Source: Alphaproteobacteria bacterium (GTDB lineage Bacteria; Pseudomonadota; Alphaproteobacteria; CAAGCB01; CAG-977). From it: 48,176 nucleotides of DNA. The DNA is taken from positions 1 through 48,176 of the forward strand of contig JBJFAY010000153.1 of NCBI GenBank assembly GCA_051888155.1, in the 5' to 3' direction. Each line of letters opens with the position of its first letter. Within the stretch, counting starts at the first letter, position 1. Under the pieces are notes generated by a model that searched no databases, had not been told where the DNA came from, and was given only the letters and a program-made list of their open reading frames with translations. The translations under genes were made by a program, and so were the position numbers. This document shows, piece by piece, positions 7,240-15,582 of this stretch.

Positions 7240-9738
7240 ATGAACAAAAAAATTTTCAATATTACGGGTATGAGCTGTTCGGCCTGTTCCGCCCGCGTGC
7301 AAAAAGCCGTCGCAGCGTTGAACGGCGTGGCGGACGTTTCCGTCAATCTGTTAAAAAACAATATGATGGTCAGCTATGACCCGGACGTTCTGTCGGCGCG
7401 GGAAATTATTGACGGGGTTGAAAAGGCAGGATACGGCGCCGCAGAAGCGGGGCGGACGGCTGAACAAAAAACGCCCGGGGACGTTTTCGCGGCGGAAGAA
7501 CGGGATTTGAAAACCCGTCTGATCCTGTCTGTCGTGCTGACGGCGGCGCTGATGTATTTTTCCATGGGCGCGATGTTCGGTCTGCCTTTGCCGGCGGGGT
7601 TTGATATGTCCGCAAATGCCGCCGTGTTCGCCTTCACGCAGTTATTGTTGACCGTTCCGGTCGTCTTTATCAATTTCAATTATTTCAAAACGGGATTCAA
7701 AACGCTGTTTCACGGCGCGCCGAACATGGATTCCCTGATCGCGCTGGGATCCGGCGCGGCGGTGGTTTTCAGTGTGTTCGGGCTTTACAGGATTCTGTTT
7801 CTGCTGGGGGCGGGCGATCCGGCCGGCGCGCATCGTTTCGCGTCAAATTTATATTTTGAATCGGCCGTCATGATCCTGACTCTGATTACTTTGGGACGTT
7901 TTTTTGAAGTCCGCGCAAAAGGAAAAACGGCCGGAACAATCGCGGGGCTGATGTCTTTGGCGCCGCAGACGGCGTCGGTTATGCGCGGCGGCGTTGAAAC
8001 GGTCGTCGATATCGACCGGCTGGCCGTCGGGGACATTATTGTCGTCAAAGCGGGCGAACGGATTCCGGCCGACGGCGTTATTATCGAAGGCCGCGGCGTT
8101 TTGGACGAATCCGCCCTGACCGGAGAAAGTCTGCCCGTTGAAAAAAAAACGGGCGACGCGGTCATGACGGCCGGCGTCAATACGGCGGGGCATTTTCTGA
8201 TGCGCGCCGACAAAGTCGGGCAGGAAACGACTTTGGCGCAGATTATCCGTCTGGTGGACGAAGCGACGTCTTCCAAAGCGCCGATAGCCGGACTGGCCGA
8301 CCGGATCAGCGGCGTTTTCGTCCCCGTCGTGATTGTGATCGCCGCCGTGTCCGCGGCCGTGTGGCTGATGTACGGAGCCGGCGTTGAATTTGCTTTGTCC
8401 GCCGCTATCTCCGTTCTGGTGATTTCCTGTCCGTGCGCTTTGGGATTGGCGACGCCGACGGCGATTATGGTCGGCACGGGGCGCGGAGCGGCGCGGGGCG
8501 TTTTGTTTAAATCCGCGGCGGCGTTGGAAACGGCCGGCCGTATTGACGCGGTCGCTTTGGATAAAACGGGAACGGTCACGCAAGGAAAACCGCATGTCGC
8601 CGGCATTGCCGTTGTTGACGGTATTTCTCAGGCCGAAGTTTTAAAAACGGCCGCTTCGCTGGAACATCTGTCCGAACACGCTTTGGGCGCGGCGATTGTC
8701 GAAAAGGCAGTGCGGGACGGTATCGTTTTGGATCGGGTTGAAGACTTTGTTCAAATTCCGGGGCAGGGGATTTCGGGAAAAATCAACGGCGTTTCCTGTC
8801 TGGTCGGAAACGCCGAAATGCTGCGCAAAGCCGGTATCGTCAATACGTTGGAACAAACGGGACTGGATTGGGCCGAAAAGGCGCGAACGCCTTTATATTG
8901 CGCGGCGGGGGAAAAGCTGACGGGCGTGATCGGCGTCGCCGATCCTGTCAAACCGGACGGCGCGGCCGCGGTCGCGGCTTTGAAATCAATGGGGATAGAA
9001 GTCGTTTTGCTGACGGGCGACAATGCGAAAACGGCCGAAGCGGTGCGCCGTGAAACGGGGATCGACCGCGTTGTCAGCGATATGCTGCCGCAGGACAAAG
9101 AAAAAGAAATCCGCCGTTTACGGCAGCAGGGCAAAAAAGTCGCCATGATCGGCGACGGCATAAACGACGCGCCGGCTTTGGCGCGCGCGGATATCGGCAT
9201 GGCCGTCGGAACGGGAACGGATATCGCCATAGAATCCGCCGGAGTTGTTTTAATGAAAAACGATCTGGCTTCCGCTGTGTTCGCTTTGCGGCTGGGACGT
9301 GCAGTGCTGCGGAATATCAAAGAAAATCTTTTCTGGGCTTTTTTCTATAACAGCGTCGGCATTCCCGTGGCCGCCGGCGTGTTATGGCCGGCTTTCGGCA
9401 TAATGCTCAGCCCCGTTATCGCCGCCGCCGCCATGAGCTTCAGTTCCGTCAGCGTCGTGACAAACGCGCTGCGTCTGCGCCGGTTTCCGGATAAACCGCT
9501 TGTTTTAAAAAGGAGTACGTCTATGAATAAACGTATTATGATCGAAGGCATGAAATGCGAACATTGCGCAAACTTTGTCAAAAAAGCTTTGCTGGCCGTT
9601 GACGGCGTTGAAAGCGCCGACGTTGATCCGGCGGCCAAAAAAGCCGACGTCCATGTAAAGAAAGACGTTTCGGACAAGGCCTTATCCGACGCTGTTGCCG
9701 ACGCCGGTTTTCAGGTTGTGGAAATTAAAGACGTTTAG
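7240..9738 (+). CDS. copA: Copper-translocating P1B-type ATPase with N-terminal and C-terminal HMA domains
   Basis: 832 aa. Contains GMSCSACSARV (N-terminal HMA), TGESLPVEK, CPCALGLATP, DKTGTVT, GDGINDAPAL and a C-terminal HMA (IEGMKCEHCANFV). Confidence 0.95.
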   Translation: MNKKIFNITGMSCSACSARVQKAVAALNGVADVSVNLLKNNMMVSYDPDVLSAREIIDGVEKAGYGAAEAGRTAEQKTPGDVFAAEERDLKTRLILSVVLTAALMYFSMGAMFGLPLPAGFDMSANAAVFAFTQLLLTVPVVFINFNYFKTGFKTLFHGAPNMDSLIALGSGAAVVFSVFGLYRILFLLGAGDPAGAHRFASNLYFESAVMILTLITLGRFFEVRAKGKTAGTIAGLMSLAPQTASVMRGGVETVVDIDRLAVGDIIVVKAGERIPADGVIIEGRGVLDESALTGESLPVEKKTGDAVMTAGVNTAGHFLMRADKVGQETTLAQIIRLVDEATSSKAPIAGLADRISGVFVPVVIVIAAVSAAVWLMYGAGVEFALSAAISVLVISCPCALGLATPTAIMVGTGRGAARGVLFKSAAALETAGRIDAVALDKTGTVTQGKPHVAGIAVVDGISQAEVLKTAASLEHLSEHALGAAIVEKAVRDGIVLDRVEDFVQIPGQGISGKINGVSCLVGNAEMLRKAGIVNTLEQTGLDWAEKARTPLYCAAGEKLTGVIGVADPVKPDGAAAVAALKSMGIEVVLLTGDNAKTAEAVRRETGIDRVVSDMLPQDKEKEIRRLRQQGKKVAMIGDGINDAPALARADIGMAVGTGTDIAIESAGVVLMKNDLASAVFALRLGRAVLRNIKENLFWAFFYNSVGIPVAAGVLWPAFGIMLSPVIAAAAMSFSSVSVVTNALRLRRFPDKPLVLKRSTSMNKRIMIEGMKCEHCANFVKKALLAVDGVESADVDPAAKKADVHVKKDVSDKALSDAVADAGFQVVEIKDV

Positions 9739-10826
9739 TCTGTTTTCTGCCACCAAAAGGTTGTTTTCGTTTTTCCGGGGGTCAGTTTTTCGCCCATTTC
9801 CGGCGTCATCAACTCTATGGGTTTGTCCCGGATCAGATCAACAATCCGGTTGATTGATTTTTGCCAGTCGTGCCAGGCCAGGTCGTAAACGCCCCAGTGA
9901 ATCGGCAGCAGCCGTTTGGCTTTCAGATCAACGGCGGCCCGGACGGTCTGGTCGGGGAACATGTGTATGCCCAGCCACCCGCCGTTCCAGGCGTCAATTT
10001 CCAGCGCGGCCCAGTCGAACGGGCCGAATTGCCGCCCGATTTCGGCGTAATGCCGTCCGTAACCGGAATCTCCGCCCCAGAATATTTTCTGATCCGGCGT
10101 TTCTATAATATAAGAATTCCACAGAGTTTGATTGCCGTCGGACAGGCTTCTGCCGGAAAAATGGATTCCTTCGGCCGCGGTGATTTTCAAACCGTCTTGT
10201 TCAAACGTTTCGCGCCAACCGATTTCCGTAATTCTGTCCGCCGCGATTCCCCAGCGGGTCAAAGCGGTCTTTAAACCGTACGGAACGATAAAATGTCCGT
10301 TTCGGATTGACCGGACGGTTTTCCGTTCCATATGATCGTAATGATTGTGCGTCAGCAGTATGTAGTCCAGTTTCGGCAGTTCTTCGCGCGTGATCGGAGC
10401 GGGTTGGTATCTTTTGACTGTCAGGGGAACCGGCGAAGCGTTGTCGAAGACCGGATCTACGCCTATACGTTTTCCGTTTAATTCCAGCATTGCGGAAGAA
10501 TGTCCCAGCCAGTAAACTGCGCTGTTTTCCGGCGTTTCGGGGAAAGAATCCTGTGTCAGCCGGCGTGTGGCGGCAGGTTTTTCAGGGCCGTGGGATTTGG
10601 AAAAAAGCAGTTTTAAAAGGTTGACTTTGTCTTCGTATTCTCCGGTCATGGGCGGGCGGACGGGTTCCGGATTGCGAAACTGTCCGTTTTTAAAATAAGG
10701 CAGTTTTTCAAAAGACTTTAATTCCTCCGGCGTCGGAGCGGCGCCCATTTCGCGTACGGCGTGTAAAACAAGTCCGATAACGATAAATCCGAATACGGCT
10801 ATTCCCGATAAAAGCATTTTTTTCAT
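9735..10826 (-). CDS. MBL-fold metallo-hydrolase with N-terminal membrane anchor or signal
   Basis: 363 aa. LLTHNHYDHM (HxHxDH zinc motif) and downstream GGDSGY and IHWG blocks. Hydrophobic N-terminus MKKMLLSGIAVFGFIVIGLVL. Confidence 0.8.
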   Translation of the reverse strand: MKKMLLSGIAVFGFIVIGLVLHAVREMGAAPTPEELKSFEKLPYFKNGQFRNPEPVRPPMTGEYEDKVNLLKLLFSKSHGPEKPAATRRLTQDSFPETPENSAVYWLGHSSAMLELNGKRIGVDPVFDNASPVPLTVKRYQPAPITREELPKLDYILLTHNHYDHMERKTVRSIRNGHFIVPYGLKTALTRWGIAADRITEIGWRETFEQDGLKITAAEGIHFSGRSLSDGNQTLWNSYIIETPDQKIFWGGDSGYGRHYAEIGRQFGPFDWAALEIDAWNGGWLGIHMFPDQTVRAAVDLKAKRLLPIHWGVYDLAWHDWQKSINRIVDLIRDKPIELMTPEMGEKLTPGKTKTTFWWQKTD

Positions 10827-10856
10827 TCCGTTCCTTTCGTCCCATGGATCCGCTAC

Positions 10857-10887
10857 AGGATAAATATTAAAGTTGACTTTAAATCAA
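10857..10887 (-). promoter_or_regulatory. MerR-type promoter/operator for the MBL hydrolase gene
   Basis: Minus strand reads TTGATT, then a 19-nt spacer taaagtcaactttaatatt, then TATCCT. The spacer carries the dyad TTAAAGTnnACTTTAA (10867-10882). Confidence 0.6.
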
Positions 10888-10918
10888 GAGTTTTTTTGAG
10901 GGCAAGCGGAAAAAAAGC

Positions 10919-10949
10919 TTGCCTTAAAGTTGACTTTAAATTTTAAACT
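10919..10949 (+). promoter_or_regulatory. MerR-type promoter/operator for the AKR-flavodoxin operon
   Basis: TTGCCT, then a 19-nt spacer taaagttgactttaaattt, then TAAACT. Dyad TTAAAGTTGACTTTAA at 10924-10939. Confidence 0.6.
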
Positions 10950-10983
10950 GTTTTTGAAATTAATTCAGTGAAAGGAAAGACTC

Positions 10984-12222
10984 ATGCAAAGGCGTACGTT
11001 TTTAATGAATTCTCTGGCTTTATTTGCTTTGTCCGCGCTGCCGAAGCTGACAATCGCCCAGACGATCGCCGTTTCCGACGAAGTTAAATCGAAAATCAAT
11101 AAAACGAACAAACTGGGGTTCGGCTTTATGCGTCTGCCGCTGAAAGATCCCAAAGACCAGACTTCGATTGATTACGATGAATTAAATAAAATGGTCGATA
11201 CTTTTCTGGAACGCGGTTTTACCTATTTCGATACCGCCTGGATGTATATGGGATACGAAAGCGAAATAGCAATCAGGGAAGCTCTGGTAAAACGTCACCC
11301 GCGCGATAAATTTACGGTCGCCAGCAAAATGCCCGCCGGTTATCTGACCTCTCGGGCGCAGCAAAAAGAAATCTTTGATAAACAGCTGGAAAAAACAGGG
11401 CTGGATTATTTTGATTATTATCTGGTGCATAACGTTAATGAAGAAACAATCGGCAACGTTAATAAATATGACAGCTTTAAATTCATCGCGGATAAGAAAA
11501 AAGAAGGAAAAATCAAACATATCGGTTTTTCTTTCCACGGTATGCCGGAATTGCTGGAAACCGTTCTGAAAGAACACCCGGAAGTCGAATTCGTCCAGCT
11601 GCAGATTAATTATGTCGATTGGGACAACGCCAGTATTCAGTCCCGGAAATGTTATGAAATCGCGCAAAAATACAACAAGCCCGTTATCGTTATGGAACCG
11701 GTCAAAGGCGGTACTCTGGCCGTTGTCCCGCCCGCCGTCGAAAAAATATTCAAAGACGCCGAACCGGATATGTCCGTGGCGTCCTGGGCCGTGCGTTACG
11801 CGGCCAGTCTGGACGGCGTGATGATGGTTTTAAGCGGTATGTCCGATATGGAACAGCTGCTGGATAATACCGGATATATGCAGAATTTTAAACCGCTGAC
11901 GGATCAGGAAAAATCTGTCGTCGAACAGGCCGTCAAAGCGCTGCATGCCGCGATTGCCATTCCCTGCACCGCCTGTCAGTATTGTGTGGAATGGTGTCCG
12001 ATGAAAATTGCGATTCCGCAGTATTTCGCTTTATACAACGCCGAAAAACAGGAACGTACGGACAAACCTTTTACGGCGCAGAGAATCTACTATGCCAACA
12101 TGACAAAAACGCACGGAAAGGCGTCCGCCTGCATTGAATGCCGGCAGTGTGAACGGCATTGTCCGCAGCATATCGAAATTACAAAGTGGCTGAAAGAAGT
12201 CGCAAACACGTTCGAAGCTTAA
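10984..12222 (+). CDS. Aldo/keto reductase with C-terminal 4Fe-4S ferredoxin-type domain and twin-arginine signal
   Basis: 412 aa. AKR core ([27 protein letters not shown]). C-terminal Cys clusters [12 protein letters not shown] and [13 protein letters not shown]-terminus [26 protein letters not shown] matches the RRxFL Tat motif. Confidence 0.85.
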   Translation: MQRRTFLMNSLALFALSALPKLTIAQTIAVSDEVKSKINKTNKLGFGFMRLPLKDPKDQTSIDYDELNKMVDTFLERGFTYFDTAWMYMGYESEIAIREALVKRHPRDKFTVASKMPAGYLTSRAQQKEIFDKQLEKTGLDYFDYYLVHNVNEETIGNVNKYDSFKFIADKKKEGKIKHIGFSFHGMPELLETVLKEHPEVEFVQLQINYVDWDNASIQSRKCYEIAQKYNKPVIVMEPVKGGTLAVVPPAVEKIFKDAEPDMSVASWAVRYAASLDGVMMVLSGMSDMEQLLDNTGYMQNFKPLTDQEKSVVEQAVKALHAAIAIPCTACQYCVEWCPMKIAIPQYFALYNAEKQERTDKPFTAQRIYYANMTKTHGKASACIECRQCERHCPQHIEITKWLKEVANTFEA

Positions 12223-12233
12223 AGGAGCTTTTT

Positions 12234-12806
12234 ATGAAAAAACTTTTTTTATCGGGAGTATTGATCTTATCGCTTTTGGTTTTCGGATCTGACAAAACTT
12301 TTGCGCAGGGGGACGAAATGGGAAATGTTTCACAGCAGAAAATTCTGATCGCTTATTATTCTTACAGCGGAAATACCGCCGAAGTCGCTAAAGCCATTCA
12401 GGCCGAAATCGGCGGAGATTTGTTTGAAATTAAATCAGATCATGCTTATCCGGCCGAATACCGCCCGATGACCGAACAGGCAAAAAAAGAAATACAGGAC
12501 GGTTTCCGTCCGGAACTGACAACAAAAGTCGGCAATATTGCTCAGTATGACGTTATTTTTCTGGGATCGCCGAACTGGTGGGGCACGATTACGCCGCAGG
12601 TCGGCAGCTTTCTGGAAAGTTATGACCTGAACGGAAAAACTGTCGTGCCGTTTATTACGCACGGCGGCGGCGGCGTTCAAAATACGATCCGGGACATGAC
12701 GGCGCAGTGCAAAGGCTGCCGCGTTGAACAAAACGGCTGGACCGGTTACGGCAGCCGGACGTCGGGAATACGGGATTGGGTGAACGGATTAAAACTTGTT
12801 CCGTAA
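12234..12806 (+). CDS. Flavodoxin-family protein with Sec-type signal peptide
   Basis: ATG 12234 preceded by an AAAGGAG RBS. MKKLFLSGVLILSLLVFGSDKTFAQ signal, then ILIAYYSYSGNT...VIFLGSPNWWGTI (flavodoxin FMN-binding blocks). The track start at 12159 overlaps the AKR gene and is unlikely. Confidence 0.8.
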   Translation: MKKLFLSGVLILSLLVFGSDKTFAQGDEMGNVSQQKILIAYYSYSGNTAEVAKAIQAEIGGDLFEIKSDHAYPAEYRPMTEQAKKEIQDGFRPELTTKVGNIAQYDVIFLGSPNWWGTITPQVGSFLESYDLNGKTVVPFITHGGGGVQNTIRDMTAQCKGCRVEQNGWTGYGSRTSGIRDWVNGLKLVP

Positions 12807-12819
12807 CTTTTTCGGACAG

Positions 12820-12852
12820 AAAAACGTCCGGCAGGCGCCGGACGTTTTTTTT
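12820..12852. terminator. Bidirectional rho-independent terminator
   Basis: A-run, cgtccggc / aggc / gccggacg hairpin, T-run. Lies between the convergent flavodoxin and DUF3737 genes. Confidence 0.8.
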
Positions 12853-12856
12853 GCTC

Positions 12857-13714
12857 TCAGGCGGCCGGGCGCGCCCGGCTGATAATCCGGCAGGACGAAC
12901 CCGGCAGTTTGTTTTCGTCAAGAATGATATGAGGAATTTCGTCCGCTTCGATCCGGCCGCTTTTAGGGTTTTTAACGCTTAAAACGGAACCGTTGATTTT
13001 TGCCTGAACGTCGCTGTATTCAAAAGCCAGATCCGTTCCGGTCATTTCGCAGTCCTGCAAAACCAGATTTTCCGCATAGCATAAAGGCTGCGTGCCGGTA
13101 ATCTTACAGCGGACAAAACGCAGGTTTTTGGAATACCAGCCCAGATATTCGCCCGTAATGACACAGTCTTCGATAAGGACGTTCCGCGCATGCCAGAAAG
13201 CGTCTTTCGTATCCAGAACAGAATTTCTGACCGTTATGTTTTTGACATATTGAAACGAATATTTCGCTTTCATTTTCAGGCCGTTGATTTTAATGCTTTC
13301 GCTTTTTAAAAACGGATATTCGGATTCCAAAACCGTGTCGGTCATTTCCAGTTTTCTGCAAAACCAGCCGAATTCCGGCGAGTGAATCGTACAGTTTTTA
13401 ATGCGGGTATTGTTGCATTCGCGCACGGCTTTAATGCCGTTCAAAACGCAGTTGTTTAATTCCGCGTTGCCGTCGTACCATAATGCCGCGCGGCAATCCG
13501 GCGTAAAACGGCTGTTTTCGATTCGGCCGTCGTTTAAATGCCATAGCGGATAACGCAGGTCGAACAAACAGTTTTCAACGGTAATGTCTTTGCATTCTTT
13601 CAGGGCCGATTCCCCGTCTGCCGGTCCTTGAAAAGAACAGTTTGAAACAATTCCTGAACGCAAGGCGTACAAAGCCCGTTCCGCATCGAAAGTTTGATTT
13701 TCGTATTTTTTCAT
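12857..13714 (-). CDS. DUF3737 family protein (beta-helix repeat protein)
   Basis: MKKYENQTFDAERALY...KDAFWHARNV...GEYLGWYSKNL...TDLAFEYSDVQAKINGSVLSVKNPKSGRI is collinear with DUF3737 proteins as I remember them. ATG 13714 has a GAGGAA RBS overlapping the upstream stop. Confidence 0.75.
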   Translation of the reverse strand: MKKYENQTFDAERALYALRSGIVSNCSFQGPADGESALKECKDITVENCLFDLRYPLWHLNDGRIENSRFTPDCRAALWYDGNAELNNCVLNGIKAVRECNNTRIKNCTIHSPEFGWFCRKLEMTDTVLESEYPFLKSESIKINGLKMKAKYSFQYVKNITVRNSVLDTKDAFWHARNVLIEDCVITGEYLGWYSKNLRFVRCKITGTQPLCYAENLVLQDCEMTGTDLAFEYSDVQAKINGSVLSVKNPKSGRIEADEIPHIILDENKLPGSSCRIISRARPAA

Positions 13715-13715
13715 G

Positions 13716-14861
13716 TCATTCCTCATTGTTTTCGGGAACCAGTTTTAGAATCGTAATTTCCGCCGGCGCTAAAAAGCGCAGTTGAGGGCCCCACTGGCCG
13801 CTGCCGCGGGAAACGTAAATCGCCGCATTGTTGTCCATTTCATATAATCCGGCCAGATATTTGTTGTATAATTTAGTAAAGATATGAAACGGGAAAATCT
13901 GCCCGCCGTGCGTATGTCCGGATATTTCCAAATCGAAAGCGTTGTTTTTTCCGAAATCGGCGGGAGTGTGCGACGTCAGCAGACGGAACTGATCCGGCGC
14001 GGCGTTTTGAAAAGCGGCGGCGGGGTCAATTTGTAATTTATGAGCCGAAGCGGAAAACAAATCCGGTATTCCGGCAATATACAGCTGATTCCGGAAAGAC
14101 GCTCCGTTGTTTTCCAAAAAAACAAATCCCAATTCTTTCAACAGGCTGACGCTGGGTTCATAACCGGCGTAAAATTCATGGTTGCCCGTAACGAAATAGA
14201 TTCCGCCGGAAGCTTTTAAATTTTGCAGCAGCTTTGCCGTTTCGGAAACTCTGCCGGGTTCGTCGTCAATAATATCGCCGGCCAGCAAGATAACGTCCGG
14301 ATTTTCGGCGTTTGTTTTTTCGACAATGCCTTTTATCTTGTCCGGATTGATAACGCGGTGGATATGCAGATCGCTTAAAACGGCGAGCGTTACCGGCCGC
14401 TTGATTTTACCGGAAGCGAACTCCAGCGTTTTTACCGCGGGGACTCTGAGGCCTTCATAACAGGCCCGGCCCGTGCAGACAAGACTGAAAACCAATAAAA
14501 CGCCGTTCAGACGGATCAGAGCCGTTTTGGAAAACGGAGAAACAATCCCGGTCGTTTTAAATAACCGTCCCAATGCGTAAACAGTCGTCCAGATCATGTC
14601 CCTGAGTACGGTTGCCGAAAATAAAATAATGCAGAAAACAAACAGGAAATATAAAGAATACCGATAAGCGGCAAAGTATCGTCCCAAAAAGCTTTCAAAC
14701 CGGTAAGACGTCAGGGCGGGGATACAGCCGGCCAGTAAAAACAAGATAAAAAATCCTGTTTTTTGTTTGCGCGTTAAATCCAAAAACCACGTGTAACGCC
14801 AAAACAGGAAAAAGGTGGCAAAACACCCCAGAACAGATGTTGTAACGGCACAACTGATCAT
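13716..14861 (-). CDS. Membrane-anchored metallophosphoesterase
   Basis: LAVLSDLHIH, GDIIDD, GNHEF and SGHTHGGQ motifs with N-terminal TM segments. Start moved to ATG 14861 (GGGAGG RBS) because the track start at 14927 lies upstream of the predicted -10 element at 14905-14910. Confidence 0.85.
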   Translation of the reverse strand: MISCAVTTSVLGCFATFFLFWRYTWFLDLTRKQKTGFFILFLLAGCIPALTSYRFESFLGRYFAAYRYSLYFLFVFCIILFSATVLRDMIWTTVYALGRLFKTTGIVSPFSKTALIRLNGVLLVFSLVCTGRACYEGLRVPAVKTLEFASGKIKRPVTLAVLSDLHIHRVINPDKIKGIVEKTNAENPDVILLAGDIIDDEPGRVSETAKLLQNLKASGGIYFVTGNHEFYAGYEPSVSLLKELGFVFLENNGASFRNQLYIAGIPDLFSASAHKLQIDPAAAFQNAAPDQFRLLTSHTPADFGKNNAFDLEISGHTHGGQIFPFHIFTKLYNKYLAGLYEMDNNAAIYVSRGSGQWGPQLRFLAPAEITILKLVPENNEE

Positions 14862-14904
14862 GTCAACCTCCCTGAATATATTATCGAATCGCCGATTATT
14901 TTTC

Positions 14905-14935
14905 AGGTTACAAGTTAAAGTTAACATTAAGTCAA
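14905..14935 (-). promoter_or_regulatory. MerR-type promoter/operator for the metallophosphoesterase-DUF3737 operon
   Basis: Minus strand reads TTGACT, then a 19-nt spacer taatgttaactttaacttg, then TAACCT. Imperfect copy of the same dyad. Confidence 0.55.
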
Positions 14936-14955
14936 GATGTTTTTTTGCAAAAAAA

Positions 14956-15582
14956 TCACTTAAATTGATTAAGTTCTTTTTTCAAAAAATTCAAGTCGTC
15001 GGAACAAAGCGCCGTCTGTATCCGGTCTAATTCTTCGTCGGAACGGTCGTAAATTTTTAAGGCCGAAAGATCGTTGATTACAGCGTCGTTAAAACGTTTT
15101 TTAATTACTCTGGCCGGGTTTCCCGCCACAATCGTGTACGGTTCAACGTCTTTCGTTACAATACTGCCGGCGGCTATGACGCAGCCTTCGCCCAGATGCA
15201 CGCCCGGCAAAATCATGCTGCGCATACCGATTCAGACGCCGTCGTCAATATGGGTGTCGCCTTTTTGGCGGTAGCTTTCAACAATTTTTTCCATAAAAGG
15301 ATAATTGGAAAACCAGTCTTTGCGGTGCGTATTGTTGCCGCCCATCAGAATAACGGCTTCCGCTCCGATGCAGACGCAGTCGCCGATATAGAGTTTGTCG
15401 ACCGGCCATTGCGGCTGCCAGTGTTGCAAGCTGTAAGCGCCGCCGTAAAGGTAACGCACGACGTAATCTTCAAAGTTTCCGGTTCATGCGTTGCTGTAAT
15501 AGCTTTTTGTTCCCTTGACGATAATGTTGGGATTTTTGACGCTTTGATGCAGATATTCGACTTTCGACCAGTGTTTTTGCAT
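14956..15582 (-). pseudogene. CatB/Vat-type xenobiotic (hexapeptide-repeat) O-acetyltransferase interrupted by two in-frame TGA codons
   Basis: Minus-strand frame from ATG 15582 to stop 14956 is 208 codons, collinear with the CatB/Vat family (SYYSNA*TGNFEDY; GGNNTHRKDWFSNYPF; [20 protein letters not shown]; [13 protein letters not shown]). In-frame TGA at 15486..15484 and 15231..15229. The track shows only fragments 14956..15225 and 15232..15459. Confidence 0.8.

Noticed and set aside
7785-8606. Long antisense ORFs inside copA (273 aa at 7785..8606, 248 aa at 7849..8595, 189 aa at 8751..9320, and others).
   Set aside because: The plus-strand frame carries every P1B-ATPase motif (TGE, CPC, DKTGT, GDGxNDxP). 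The antisense products are Arg/Pro/Ala/Ser-rich low-complexity strings, typical of GC-rich antisense frames, and have no RBS.
12159-12233. The N-terminal extension of the flavodoxin ORF given in the track (start 12159).
   Set aside because: It overlaps the 3' end of the AKR gene in another frame and has no RBS. ATG 12234 has an AAAGGAG RBS and yields a clean signal peptide.
14956-15582. The idea that the two internal TGA codons mean the organism reads TGA as Trp (genetic code 4 or 25).
   Set aside because: - Other genes in the window end at TGA at family-typical lengths (YeaO-like at 118 aa, ABC ATPase at 303 aa, and this acetyltransferase itself).
- Trp is encoded by TGG throughout conserved proteins such as polA, copA and virD4.
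- The standard code fits every other gene.
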